64,000 nucleotides of DNA, taken from the NCBI GenBank assembly GCA_027459725.1, contig DAIDHK010000001.1, forward strand, positions 67,411 to 131,410, read 5' to 3'. The DNA is from Candidatus Levyibacteriota bacterium. GTDB lineage: Bacteria > Patescibacteriota > Microgenomatia > Levybacterales > UBA12049. This document shows, in pieces, positions 1 through 10,341 of this stretch. Below the pieces are notes generated by a model that was given only the letters and a program-made list of their open reading frames with translations, had not been told where the DNA came from and made no database searches. The first letter of the stretch is position 1. Each line of letters begins with the position of its first letter. A program made the translations under genes and the position numbers.

Positions 1-1223
1 ATAATCATTCTACCCATGGCCACACCGGTATCATTTACCGTATGAGCATATTTTTTCTCGCCTTCTTTATTCTGATATTTAATGTTTAATCTTCTTGCCT
101 GAAAATCCGTAGCATTAGTATCACTCATCACTTCCATAAATGTCTGCTGAGAAGGCAGCCATGCCTCAACGTCATATTTTTTATGCGCAGCCGCATATCC
201 CGAGTCTCCACTGCACATTAATATCACGTGATAAGGTATTTGCAATTGCTGCAGGAGCCATTCATTCAGTGATAACAAATATTGCTGCATTTCAGAAGAC
301 TTATCTGTCGAAGTAATTGTATCCATCTCTAGTTTATCAAACTGATGAACTCTTTTTATACCTCTGACATCTTTACCCCAGGATCCAACTTCTGAGCGAA
401 AACAGGGTGTAAAAGCAAAAACTTTTTTAGGTAATTCCCTTTCAGGAATAGTTTTATCCATAAAATATGAAAACAAGGACGGTTCTGAAGAACCAACCAG
501 ATACAACTCTTCTCCCTCTTCAACATTATGAGAATCAACTTTATAGACCTGATCTACTTCTTCAGGAAAATGAGACGAACCAAAAAGGGCTTTACTTTTG
601 ACTAATAAGGGTACAACCATCGGGCTAAATCCCTCATCAATTAATTTATCCTTCAACAGTTCAAATAAAGCGTATTCGAGTAAGAAGCCCTCATTTTTCA
701 CGTAGGCAAAACGGGTACCTGAGACTTTGGCGCTTTGTTCAACATCAATGATGTCTAATTCTCTTCCCAGATCTATATGGTCTTTTGCAGCAAAGTCCAG
801 CCTGGGCATAAACGCTTTGCTGGTATCTTTTTTACCTAATTTATCCTCACTTAAATACCCATCTTTTGTCCATGCCTTGATTTCTACATTATCATCCTCA
901 CCTTTGCCTACAGGAACATCAGAAGCAAGCATATTAGGAACCCAGGATAATTTTTCAGTTAAATTTTGCTGAATATTTTTTAGCATATTCTCCTGACCGG
1001 AGATTTGGGTACTTAATCCTCTTAACCGTTGGATTTCTTCAGGAGTGGGTTTTTGTTTGGAACCGATGTTTAACTGCTGTCGCAAACCATCTACTTCTAG
1101 CTGTAAATTTTTTCTTTTTTCATCCAATTCCAGTATTCCGTCGATATCGGCAGATGCTTTACGGTTAAGGATATTTTGTCTAACTTCCCTTGTATGATCA
1201 CGAATAAATTTAATATCTAGCAT
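1..1223 (-). CDS. serS: seryl-tRNA synthetase, partial (C-terminus runs off the window start)
   Basis: Minus-strand ATG at 1221-1223. Translation 'MLDIKFIRDHTREVRQNILNRKASADIDGILELDEKRKNLQLEVDGLRQQLN...' shows the SerRS N-terminal coiled-coil arm, followed by class II core motifs. The frame stays open to position 1, which is why it is missing from the ORF track. Confidence 0.85.
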   Translation of the reverse strand, partial: MLDIKFIRDHTREVRQNILNRKASADIDGILELDEKRKNLQLEVDGLRQQLNIGSKQKPTPEEIQRLRGLSTQISGQENMLKNIQQNLTEKLSWVPNMLASDVPVGKGEDDNVEIKAWTKDGYLSEDKLGKKDTSKAFMPRLDFAAKDHIDLGRELDIIDVEQSAKVSGTRFAYVKNEGFLLEYALFELLKDKLIDEGFSPMVVPLLVKSKALFGSSHFPEEVDQVYKVDSHNVEEGEELYLVGSSEPSLFSYFMDKTIPERELPKKVFAFTPCFRSEVGSWGKDVRGIKRVHQFDKLEMDTITSTDKSSEMQQYLLSLNEWLLQQLQIPYHVILMCSGDSGYAAAHKKYDVEAWLPSQQTFMEVMSDTNATDFQARRLNIKYQNKEGEKKYAHTVNDTGVAMGRMI

Positions 1224-1318
1224 AGTTATATTATTTTATATTATCCAAATCAATAACATACTGTTGCGATTATATCTCGTTTAAGTTTTACAAGCAAACA
1301 AGCCCAGACTTTCCTGAT

Positions 1319-2835
1319 TTAATATAATAAACGCAATTTAGCCTGGGGTAAGGAACTTGATTCTTGTCCCTGTGTTTTTTCTTCATATATTCTACTTAAA
1401 ATGTCCATGACATCTTTAGCATAACTTTTAGTATCCATCGCCACTCCAATATGAGGCATACCCGCAATTTCAGCTTCGATTACGTAAGGGGAATTGGGTA
1501 AATATTGTGATTGCTGCCAAACTTTTTCAATATCGGCTGCGGGGTGAATACGACGATATTTATTCATTCTATCGATTACACCCTTCGTAGTTCTATCTAG
1601 TGCTTCTTTTGCTGGGACATATGCGTCTTTTTCTCCCCAGATAAATGCTGCTGGTACATGGTTCAAATCTCTCACCCATTGTGGTAATGATGTATTTATA
1701 CCTTTCTGCGGCAGCATTTTCCCGACCAGTGGCACAGATTCAAAACCCATGGATTTGAGACCAACTTCTACCCAGTCTCTCTGGGATAATGCATCCTGAG
1801 GTCGCCTTCTTGTCTCAACTGCTAAATTTATTTCCTGCATTATGCTATTCCCTGAAGAATTTTTTTTCAGAAAAAATATTTCTCTTTGTTTTAACAATTC
1901 TGCGCGTTTCTTTCCATCAGTCCAGTTTGCCTGAATATAATTATCAATCCTATCCAACTGCTATCTTAGCTCAGCTGTTAGGAATTGAGGATTTTGATGT
2001 TTGCTTCGCATCATCTCAATTTGTCTACGTTTTTGCAAAAGTGCCCCTACATCTTCTTTTTCACTCATTCCCTGTAACTGTTCTTCTGCCTGTGCAATAT
2101 CCCATTCTGAAGGAAAAACCTGGTACATTTCTCCCTTTAATGTACCCACTTCACCAGAGCGTGGAATCATACCTGTCAGACTTTGCTCGTATTGGCCAAC
2201 TGACTGCAAAAAAAGAGCTGCATCAATTTTTACCTCCATTTTATTCTGTTTGAACAGCTCCTCCAGCAGCGGCAGCATATATCCCAATTCCATACCTCCC
2301 ATGGAATGTCCTGCTAGTACTAATGATCTTAAAGGCCTGCCTTCTTTTTCACGTCTTTGGATTTCTTTAAATACCATGGCTGCTTCGTAAGCTGCCCGTT
2401 TTACCGGATCTGGGGAATATTTATCCTGCTTAGTATCTACACTGGCCGGGGACCTATACCCAGCCCCATGCCAATCTTGGATATTAAATTTCGTTGTCCC
2501 GCTGCTTTAATCCACTCCGCAACCATATGGGTAATACCCGGGCCACTTCCACCTGCTCCAGATAAAATTATTAGACCTGTCGACGCATTCTTATCTAAGC
2601 TTTCAATTAAGCCTGCATGTAAATTAGGCACTTTACCATCCACCAGCCCGGAGCGATATTCCGCAGGAAAGATACCCATAGCGTCATGCAGTTGCAACGT
2701 AATATTTGTATCAATACTACCCAATCCTATATTTTCAACTGTGAATCCCGGCAAACCCTGTAAGGATTCATACAGGATGTTCATATTTTCAATTCCTCGT
2801 GCACCTGGTTGGATACTATCTATCTCTAATCCCAT
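1319..2835 (-). pseudogene. alpha/beta-hydrolase (lipase/esterase-like, GHSMGG nucleophile elbow) disrupted by an in-frame TAG and an upstream frameshift
   Basis: Three consecutive ORF pieces. Piece 1961..2377 carries 'LVLAGHSMGGMELGY' (GxSxG). Piece 1319..1957 carries the Asp ('IWGEKDAYVP') and His ('AGMPHIG') regions. They are in the same frame, separated only by TAG at 1961-1963. The N-terminal piece 2437..2835 is in another frame; both frames are open across 2440-2506, which implies a frameshift there. Confidence 0.5.
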
Positions 2836-2878
2836 AACGTTTATTTACTGTTAACCATTAGTTCTATACACTTTAAAT

Positions 2879-3322
2879 TTAAATTACATTACTTATCTTT
2901 TGTAAAAACTCTTTCTGTTCCTCAATCATCTGCTCTGGCAATTGCTTAAAAAACTGCGGCTCTTTTACCTGTTCACTATCCGACAATATTCCTGAAACAA
3001 TATGACACTGAAAGACAATACCCACAGACCAGCCAAATCCTCTCGCTTTCTCTTCTGATATGTATTCTATATATCCTAAATTTTTGTCTATATCGATATC
3101 TATACACAACTCATCTTTAGCAACTCTCTTAGCTGCCTGATTTAATGTCTCTTTGTAATAGACAGTCCCCCCGGGTAAATACCATTGACCTTTCCAGGAT
3201 TCCAGCCCTCTTTTGGCCAGCAACAGTCCATCAGATGAGGTAATTACCAAATCTACACATAAGCGGGGAACTTGAGAATAAATGGATCTGAACTTTCCGT
3301 AAGTAAACGGCAATTTAGCCAT
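2879..3322 (-). CDS. NUDIX hydrolase
   Basis: Nudix box-like 'GGTVYYKETLNQAAKRVAKDELC' (G-x5-E-x7-R-x3-E pattern); about 147 aa, typical size. Confidence 0.55.
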   Translation of the reverse strand: MAKLPFTYGKFRSIYSQVPRLCVDLVITSSDGLLLAKRGLESWKGQWYLPGGTVYYKETLNQAAKRVAKDELCIDIDIDKNLGYIEYISEEKARGFGWSVGIVFQCHIVSGILSDSEQVKEPQFFKQLPEQMIEEQKEFLQKISNVI

Positions 3323-3325
3323 GAA

Positions 3326-3628
3326 TTATTTAGCAGTTTTTTTGGCTGGACTCTTTTTAGATGCTTCTGATTTTTTGATTTCTACTGGTTTTTCACCGGC
3401 AACTAATTTAGATAAACTGGACTTTAGTCTGGCGGCTTTATTGTTATGAATAAGATGATTTTTAGCAGCTTTATCCACTGAACTAAAAGCTTTACTTAGA
3501 TTTTCTTTAGTCGGTTTCTGTCTAGCTTTCTTTAAGAGTTCACGATACACAACCCGTACCCGCTTATTTCTAAGCGTACGTTTTTTGTCCTGTCGCATTT
3601 TCTTTTTAGCGTGTTTCAGTAGTGGCAT
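3326..3628 (-). CDS. rpsT: 30S ribosomal protein S20 with Lys-rich C-terminal tail
   Basis: 'MPLLKHAKKKMRQDKKRTLRNKRVR...LIHNNKAARLKSSLSKL' matches the S20 pattern (ANIKSAKKR...LIHKNKAARHKS). Confidence 0.85.
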   Translation of the reverse strand: MPLLKHAKKKMRQDKKRTLRNKRVRVVYRELLKKARQKPTKENLSKAFSSVDKAAKNHLIHNNKAARLKSSLSKLVAGEKPVEIKKSEASKKSPAKKTAK

Positions 3629-3755
3629 AGCTGCATTTTAGCATGATATACTTGAAATGACAAGCTTTTGTAGCTAGATTTCACATAAACATGTTATCCA
3701 GAACACTATATCCAGAAGAAAAGAGCAGAAGGACCTGGTATATAAAAGATTAAAT

Positions 3756-5411
3756 ATGACAGACCTATTTCGTAAAGGATTAGACTTAATTTTGAAGCGA
3801 CAAACTAATATTTTATCAGCCGCTTTTGTTATTATGTCCACGGTTGTTTTATCACAACTTTTGGGTATCGTAAAAAAAAGACTCCTGGTGTCAATATTTG
3901 GTCCCACCAATGCTGTGGGAGTCTATACTGCAGCCTCTGTTTTACCTGATTTTCTCTTCCAGGTTGTTATAGCAGTCGCACTATCCAGTGCCTTTATCCC
4001 CGTCTTTTCTAGCTACATGAGTAAACATGAGGAAAAAGAAGCCAATGAAATGGCCTCATCCTTACTGACTGTAGGAACCTCCTTATTTATAGTCTTAGGT
4101 ATTGTCCTGGCTATTTTTGCGCCTTTTGTACTACAAATACTGAATTTGGGTTCCGGATTCTCTGCCGAGCAAATGAGCCTGATGGTTAATTTGATGCGCT
4201 TACTACTCATCGGACAGTTAATGTTTCTCGTAGGTGTTTTTTTTACTGCACTTTTGCAGACTCACAATCACTTTTTCGTTCCCGGTTTTGCCGCAGCTTT
4301 ATATAACCTGGGTATAATTATCGGTATACTTGCCTTTAGACAATACGGTATGTACGGTCCGACAATCGGCAACATATTAGGCGCGGCTCTGTTTGTCTCA
4401 CTGCAAATACCTGTCATCCGCAAAGTCGGTTTTCATTTTAAAATAAATTTTGATTTTCACAATCCAGGCCTGCAAAAAGTGTTACATCTGATGTGGCCTC
4501 GCTCAATTGCCAATATTGTGTTCAACCTCTCATCTGTGTTTACCATCTCTTTAATCTCCTTCATGCCCTCTGCCGGTAGAAATTATGTACTATTAGATCT
4601 GGCACAGGCTTTGGCTTTTGCTCCTGTTACACTATTTGGTCAGTCTATCGCCCAGGCTGCTTTTCCGGTTCTAGCCAAAGAAAAAGATAATCCTGAAGAA
4701 TTTAAATCAACCTTCATTACCAGTTTTAATCAGATGCTGTATCTCGTCCTGCCTGTTTCAGTTTTACTTTTGGTTTTACGTATCCCTATCGTACGTCTGG
4801 TCTATGGTGCCTCAACTAATTTTGACTGGCCCGCGACAGTACTTACGGGTAGAACTCTGGCTTTTTTTAGTATCTGTATTTTCTCAGAAAGTCTCAAAGC
4901 CTTGTTGGCCCGTGGTTTTTATGCCCTGCATGATACAAAAACGCTTCTGGTCAGTAGCACTTTAAGCACACTGTCAATGCTGGGCTTATCTGCATATTTT
5001 ATCGTAGAATTAAAGCTGGGTATTATGAGTATCGCATTTTCTTATTCAGTTGCCAGTATTCTGGAAATGTGTATTCTGTTTCTGATATTGGAGCATCGAC
5101 TACATGGATTTGATCGCAAATTTCTCGTTCTTTCGTGGCTAAAAATCTTCTCTGCAACTTTTTTTACCGCTTTTGCTTTGTATATCCCCATTAAGCTACT
5201 TGACCAACTTGTTTTTGATACTACTAAAACAATCAATCTTTTACTACTGACTGGCATTTCAAGTTTAGCAGGTTTGTCAATATATCTGATTCTTACATGG
5301 CTGTTTAACGTTAAAGAAGCTTTTACCTACGTTGTAATGTTCAAAAAACTTGGTACCTGGAGAGATATTATGAAGAAACAATCTGAAATTATTGAAAATA
5401 CTAAATTCTAA
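3756..5411 (+). CDS. murJ: lipid II flippase MurJ/MviN
   Basis: 551 aa polytopic membrane protein. The N-terminus 'ILSAAFVIMSTVVLSQLLGIVKKRLLVSIFGPTNAVGVYTAASVLPDFLFQVV..AFIPVFS' is typical of MurJ. Confidence 0.85.
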   Translation: MTDLFRKGLDLILKRQTNILSAAFVIMSTVVLSQLLGIVKKRLLVSIFGPTNAVGVYTAASVLPDFLFQVVIAVALSSAFIPVFSSYMSKHEEKEANEMASSLLTVGTSLFIVLGIVLAIFAPFVLQILNLGSGFSAEQMSLMVNLMRLLLIGQLMFLVGVFFTALLQTHNHFFVPGFAAALYNLGIIIGILAFRQYGMYGPTIGNILGAALFVSLQIPVIRKVGFHFKINFDFHNPGLQKVLHLMWPRSIANIVFNLSSVFTISLISFMPSAGRNYVLLDLAQALAFAPVTLFGQSIAQAAFPVLAKEKDNPEEFKSTFITSFNQMLYLVLPVSVLLLVLRIPIVRLVYGASTNFDWPATVLTGRTLAFFSICIFSESLKALLARGFYALHDTKTLLVSSTLSTLSMLGLSAYFIVELKLGIMSIAFSYSVASILEMCILFLILEHRLHGFDRKFLVLSWLKIFSATFFTAFALYIPIKLLDQLVFDTTKTINLLLLTGISSLAGLSIYLILTWLFNVKEAFTYVVMFKKLGTWRDIMKKQSEIIENTKF

Positions 5412-5751
5412 ACCTCCAGTTTGTCTTTGCGGATCCAGGTATATATAATCTGCCAATGCTGGAAACACAAATCAGCAGTAAATATAGTTTCGACAATCCA
5501 GATCTATTATCTTTTCGCGCCAGACTGTCTGAGTCAGGGGTAAATTTCGTTTTTTCCGGCCGGAAACATAATCCTGGATTATCATTATAATTTTGTGATT
5601 ACCTCTCCCGGCGAAGCCCTTACTCCTTTTCCGCTTACCCAACTTCGCTTTCTTAAAAACATAAAATGTAATACTCTTCATATTTTATATAATATACGAG
5701 GCTCTCAGGAAGGATATCTGGGTGAGTGCATGAGTATAGAAACCGTATAAA

Positions 5752-6000
5752 CCATAGCTCTTCATAAGCCAGTCGTACTAGTGAAACAGACAGTCATATT
5801 TGGAGACAGCGTCGGATCAAGTATAAAAGATATTATTTATCCGCGCTTAACTCAAATACCCGTATTCTGACTCGATAAATTATATGGTGATGAATTTGCA
5901 GCTTTAAATGGGAGATATACGACTGATCCGGTTGATTTTGGCATCACCCAAAAACAAGCGAAACAGATATTCACCGCCGTGTATAACCTATCCAAATATT
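5752..6000 (+). pseudogene. gene remnant (hydrolase-like fragment with 'VIFGDSVGSS' motif) interrupted by an in-frame TGA, no start codon
   Basis: Plus-strand frame reads '...TIALHKPVVLVKQTVIFGDSVGSSIKDIIYPRLTQIPVF*LDKLYGDEFAALNGRYTTDPVDFGITQKQAKQIFTAVYNLSKY*'. It is protein-like but has no usable start and a TGA at 5869-5871. It lies in an unusually long (755 bp) intergenic gap. Confidence 0.25.
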
Positions 6001-6106
6001 AACATTTTGCCTAGAATTGGCTGCTATGTGAAGATTATCTGTGTTGTAAGTTTAAAATTAGATATTTATCCTGTAGCCCTCTAGTATCAAACTTACAGGC
6101 TAAATA

Positions 6107-6136
6107 TGAAAAATTCCGCCGGTGGCGGAATTTTGA
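6107..6136 (-). terminator. rho-independent terminator downstream of groEL (bidirectional hairpin)
   Basis: Perfect 9-bp stem 'aattccgcc'/'ggcggaatt' (6112-6132) with a 3-nt loop, flanked by an A-run on one side and a T-run on the other. On the minus strand it is followed by 'ttttt', 30 nt after the groEL stop. Confidence 0.6.
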
Positions 6137-6166
6137 TCATATTGGGTTTCTTATCGCCTACGATGT

Positions 6167-8117
<1,951 letters not shown>

Positions 8118-8165
8118 ATTAATCTAAATATTATATAATTCGCAGTTGATTATTCTTACTGCTAG

Positions 8166-8194
8166 TTTATACAAAAAAATTATGCCTTTGTCAA
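8166..8194 (-). promoter_or_regulatory. sigma70-like promoter for groES-groEL (-35 TTGACA / 17 nt / -10 TATAAA on the minus strand)
   Basis: Plus-strand 'tgtcaa' at 8189-8194 is TTGACA on minus; 17-nt spacer; plus 'tttata' at 8166-8171 is TATAAA on minus; about 45 nt upstream of the groES ATG. No canonical CIRCE (TTAGCACTC-N9-GAGTGCTAA) was seen. Confidence 0.4.
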
Positions 8195-8281
8195 TATCCT
8201 ATAGCTAACACATGTATACTTGACACCCTATTATTTCTTCTATACGATGATTATAAGTGCTAAAAGAGCACCTTTATTTAT

Positions 8282-9160
8282 ATGCACTCATCTAACTGGA
8301 AACGCCTGGTACTTATTGGATTCATAGTTATTTTATTAGTTGCTATTCCAGTTGCTATCTATCTGGTCAAAACAACCACCAACACACAATCTCATGCTAC
8401 CCCTGCGACTAACTTAACTTTTACACCTCCTTCAAGCAATCCAGCACCTATTACCGCAAATGTAGGAGATACGGTGCCATTAACTTTAAACATCGACCCT
8501 GGAACCAATCTGGTAACGTCAGTAAAGGTATATATTCAATATGATCCCACTAAACTTAGTGCCTCAAGCACAGCCTTCACTGTCAATGATTCAGCTTTTC
8601 CTGTAACCGTTCAGGGCCCTAGTTATTCTCCCGGTTCTATTTCCTTTTCAGTCTCTATTGGTGCAGACTATACCAAGGCTATCCAGTCTCCTACCAGTGT
8701 GGGTACACTGACCTTCACAGCTCTAGCTGCAACTGATCCCAACAATCCTACTCAGGTAAGTGTGACTACTCAATCGCAGGTCTTATCTGCCGGCCCCAAT
8801 GATCAATACCCTGAGAATGTTTTGTTATCACGACCTATTGCCTACATCGCCGTAAATGGACCCGCACAACCATCTACAACACCAACTCTAGTTCCTTCTG
8901 CTACTCTCACTCCTGTTCCCGGTGTTCCAACTGATACACCCGCACCAACGCTGGAGGCTTCACCTAGTGCAAGTCCTATTGCAATTGCTACTCCTACTAC
9001 TGCAGCTGTAGCAGTAATCGCTAATCCGACTGATACACCTGTTCCTCCACTGCCCACAGCGACTATTGCCGCTACAGGTTCTACTAATGTTACATTCGGT
9101 GCAGGTGCTGTATTAACTGTGTTATCTGTTATTGGCGGGGTAATTTTCTTCGTACTGTAG
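8282..9160 (+). CDS. membrane-anchored surface protein with cohesin-like beta domain, Pro/Thr-rich linker and C-terminal hydrophobic anchor
   Basis: N-terminal TM 'LVLIGFIVILLVAIPVAIYLV'. 'ITANVGDTVPLTLNIDPGTNLVTSVKVYIQYDPTKLSASS' resembles the cohesin-domain consensus. P/T-rich segment. C-terminal 'IAATGSTNVTFGAGAVLTVLSVIGGVIFFVL'. Confidence 0.55.
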   Translation: MHSSNWKRLVLIGFIVILLVAIPVAIYLVKTTTNTQSHATPATNLTFTPPSSNPAPITANVGDTVPLTLNIDPGTNLVTSVKVYIQYDPTKLSASSTAFTVNDSAFPVTVQGPSYSPGSISFSVSIGADYTKAIQSPTSVGTLTFTALAATDPNNPTQVSVTTQSQVLSAGPNDQYPENVLLSRPIAYIAVNGPAQPSTTPTLVPSATLTPVPGVPTDTPAPTLEASPSASPIAIATPTTAAVAVIANPTDTPVPPLPTATIAATGSTNVTFGAGAVLTVLSVIGGVIFFVL

Positions 9161-9215
9161 TAAAAAGAGATGGATTGCCAAATGTATTCTCCTATTTCAT
9201 ACCTTCGCAGATTTC

Positions 9216-9241
9216 GGCTTAATTAAGAATTAGTGTGGTAA
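9216..9241. repeat. IS left terminal inverted repeat (26 bp)
   Basis: GGCTTAATTAAGAATTAGTGTGGTAA; perfect reverse complement of 10306-10331. Confidence 0.85.
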
Positions 9242-9264
9242 ATTTAATCCTCTTTAGTATTTCT

Positions 9265-10251
9265 CTAGGATAACTTATCTTTGTTGTAGAAGTAAACGAA
9301 CCACTGCATAAATGTTTGCCATCGTTCAGTTTTTAATCCTCTGTGAGACAGCCATCTTTTCCCTAAGTGTCCAAATTGAGCTTCAATCTCATTGGTGGTT
9401 TTGGGCATAGTGGGAAAATCTAAGAATTTGAAACTGGTAAAGGGCAAATCTCTTAGAATACTCAAAGCTCGTCTTACTCCTTTATGGATAAACCACCAGT
9501 TGTAATCCAAATCATATTTCTTTTCTTTAAGATAGGTGTTGTGTGCTTTTATCCATGCAGTAACTTGCTCTACCCACCATCTCAGTGCCTCTTTTGATTC
9601 AATCAACCATACATGATCTGCCAGTAGCTTCAATTGTTTGACATGCTCACTTTTGGGATATTTGCCAATAGCATTGATAACGTCACGATGCAGATGCGCA
9701 AGACATATTTAGTGTGGTTTATGGGGAAACACCTCTCCTACAGCCTTCACAATGCCTGTGCCCCCATCTGAAACAACGCCAGTAAATCTGTAGCCTAGAA
9801 AGAGAAGATGTTTTAAATCTTTAGCAATTTTACTAGCAGCTTCTCTCCCCACAACTGAGATATGCAGAATTGTTAAGTTTTTAGATTGCCGATAGGCCAT
9901 TAAGATAAACCCTCGTTTTAGCCACAAGCCATCAAGGAGCAGAAAGATCTCAGTTTGATTTGATAGGTCAAGTAATGGAAGCTCGGGTGGTTTCTGAGAG
10001 AAGAATAGTTGAAACTTAGATTGTAGATATTGAGGAGTATATCCTGATTGATCTGCTAATTGTTCATAGGTATGTCCCCACAAAACATATTGGCGAAACA
10101 AAGAAAAGAAGTCTGTTTTTATACGTTGTCGTCGATAGACTCTTGTTATTCGACAGGTATTGCATCCGTATCTTTTCTTTCCATATGGAGTTTTTCCCCA
10201 GACAGTGAGTGGCTTCTTACAGGATATACACGTGGGTCGCTTATTACCCAT
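9265..10251 (-). pseudogene. IS transposase (N-terminal Zn-ribbon + DDE domain) interrupted by an in-frame TAA
   Basis: ORF 9709..10251 ('CISCKKPLTVWGKTPYGKKRYGCNTCRITRV' zinc ribbon; 'GVVSDGGTGI' DDE region) and ORF 9265..9633 ('TNEIEAQFGHLGKRW...FVYFYN', ISXO2/IS1595-like C-terminal motif) are in the same frame. They are separated by TAA at 9709-9711; the read-through junction is '...VFPHKPH*ICLAHLHRDVINAIGKYPK...'. Confidence 0.6.
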
Positions 10252-10305
10252 ATGTTATAACTTTAAAGCACTTTAGCTTGTCAAATCAAGAGAAACAGCG
10301 TATTA

Positions 10306-10331
10306 TTACCACACTAATTCTTAATTAAGCC
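10306..10331. repeat. IS right terminal inverted repeat (26 bp)
   Basis: TTACCACACTAATTCTTAATTAAGCC; reverse complement of the left TIR. Followed by the 8-bp direct repeat CAGATTTC (10332-10339), matching 9208-9215. Confidence 0.85.
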
Positions 10332-10341
10332 CAGATTTCTC

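Larger units (their letters stand above)
9208..10339 (-). mobile_element. IS1595-family-like insertion sequence (1116 bp) with target-site duplication
   Basis: Perfect 26-bp terminal inverted repeats (9216-9241 'GGCTTAATTAAGAATTAGTGTGGTAA' and its reverse complement at 10306-10331). Identical 8-bp direct repeats 'CAGATTTC' lie immediately outside (9208-9215 and 10332-10339). The interior encodes a Zn-ribbon plus DDE transposase. Confidence 0.8.

Noticed and set aside
1645-1665. tRNA T-loop-like 'GGTTCAAATC' string
   Set aside because: It lies inside the hydrolase coding frame with no acceptor or anticodon stem context. No convincing tRNA or rRNA found in any intergenic region.
5869-5871. Possibility that TGA is a sense codon (code 25/4), which would rescue the relic ORF at 5752-6000
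   Set aside because: rpoB (1141 aa), rpoC (1266 aa), groEL, pnp and others are uninterrupted in the standard code. Recoded genomes would show TGA-split housekeeping ORFs.
8245-8280. CIRCE-like element upstream of groES ('AGTGCTAAaagAGCAC')
   Set aside because: Only a 5-6-bp imperfect palindrome. It does not match TTAGCACTC-N9-GAGTGCTAA and sits upstream of the predicted -35, so it is not a credible HrcA operator.
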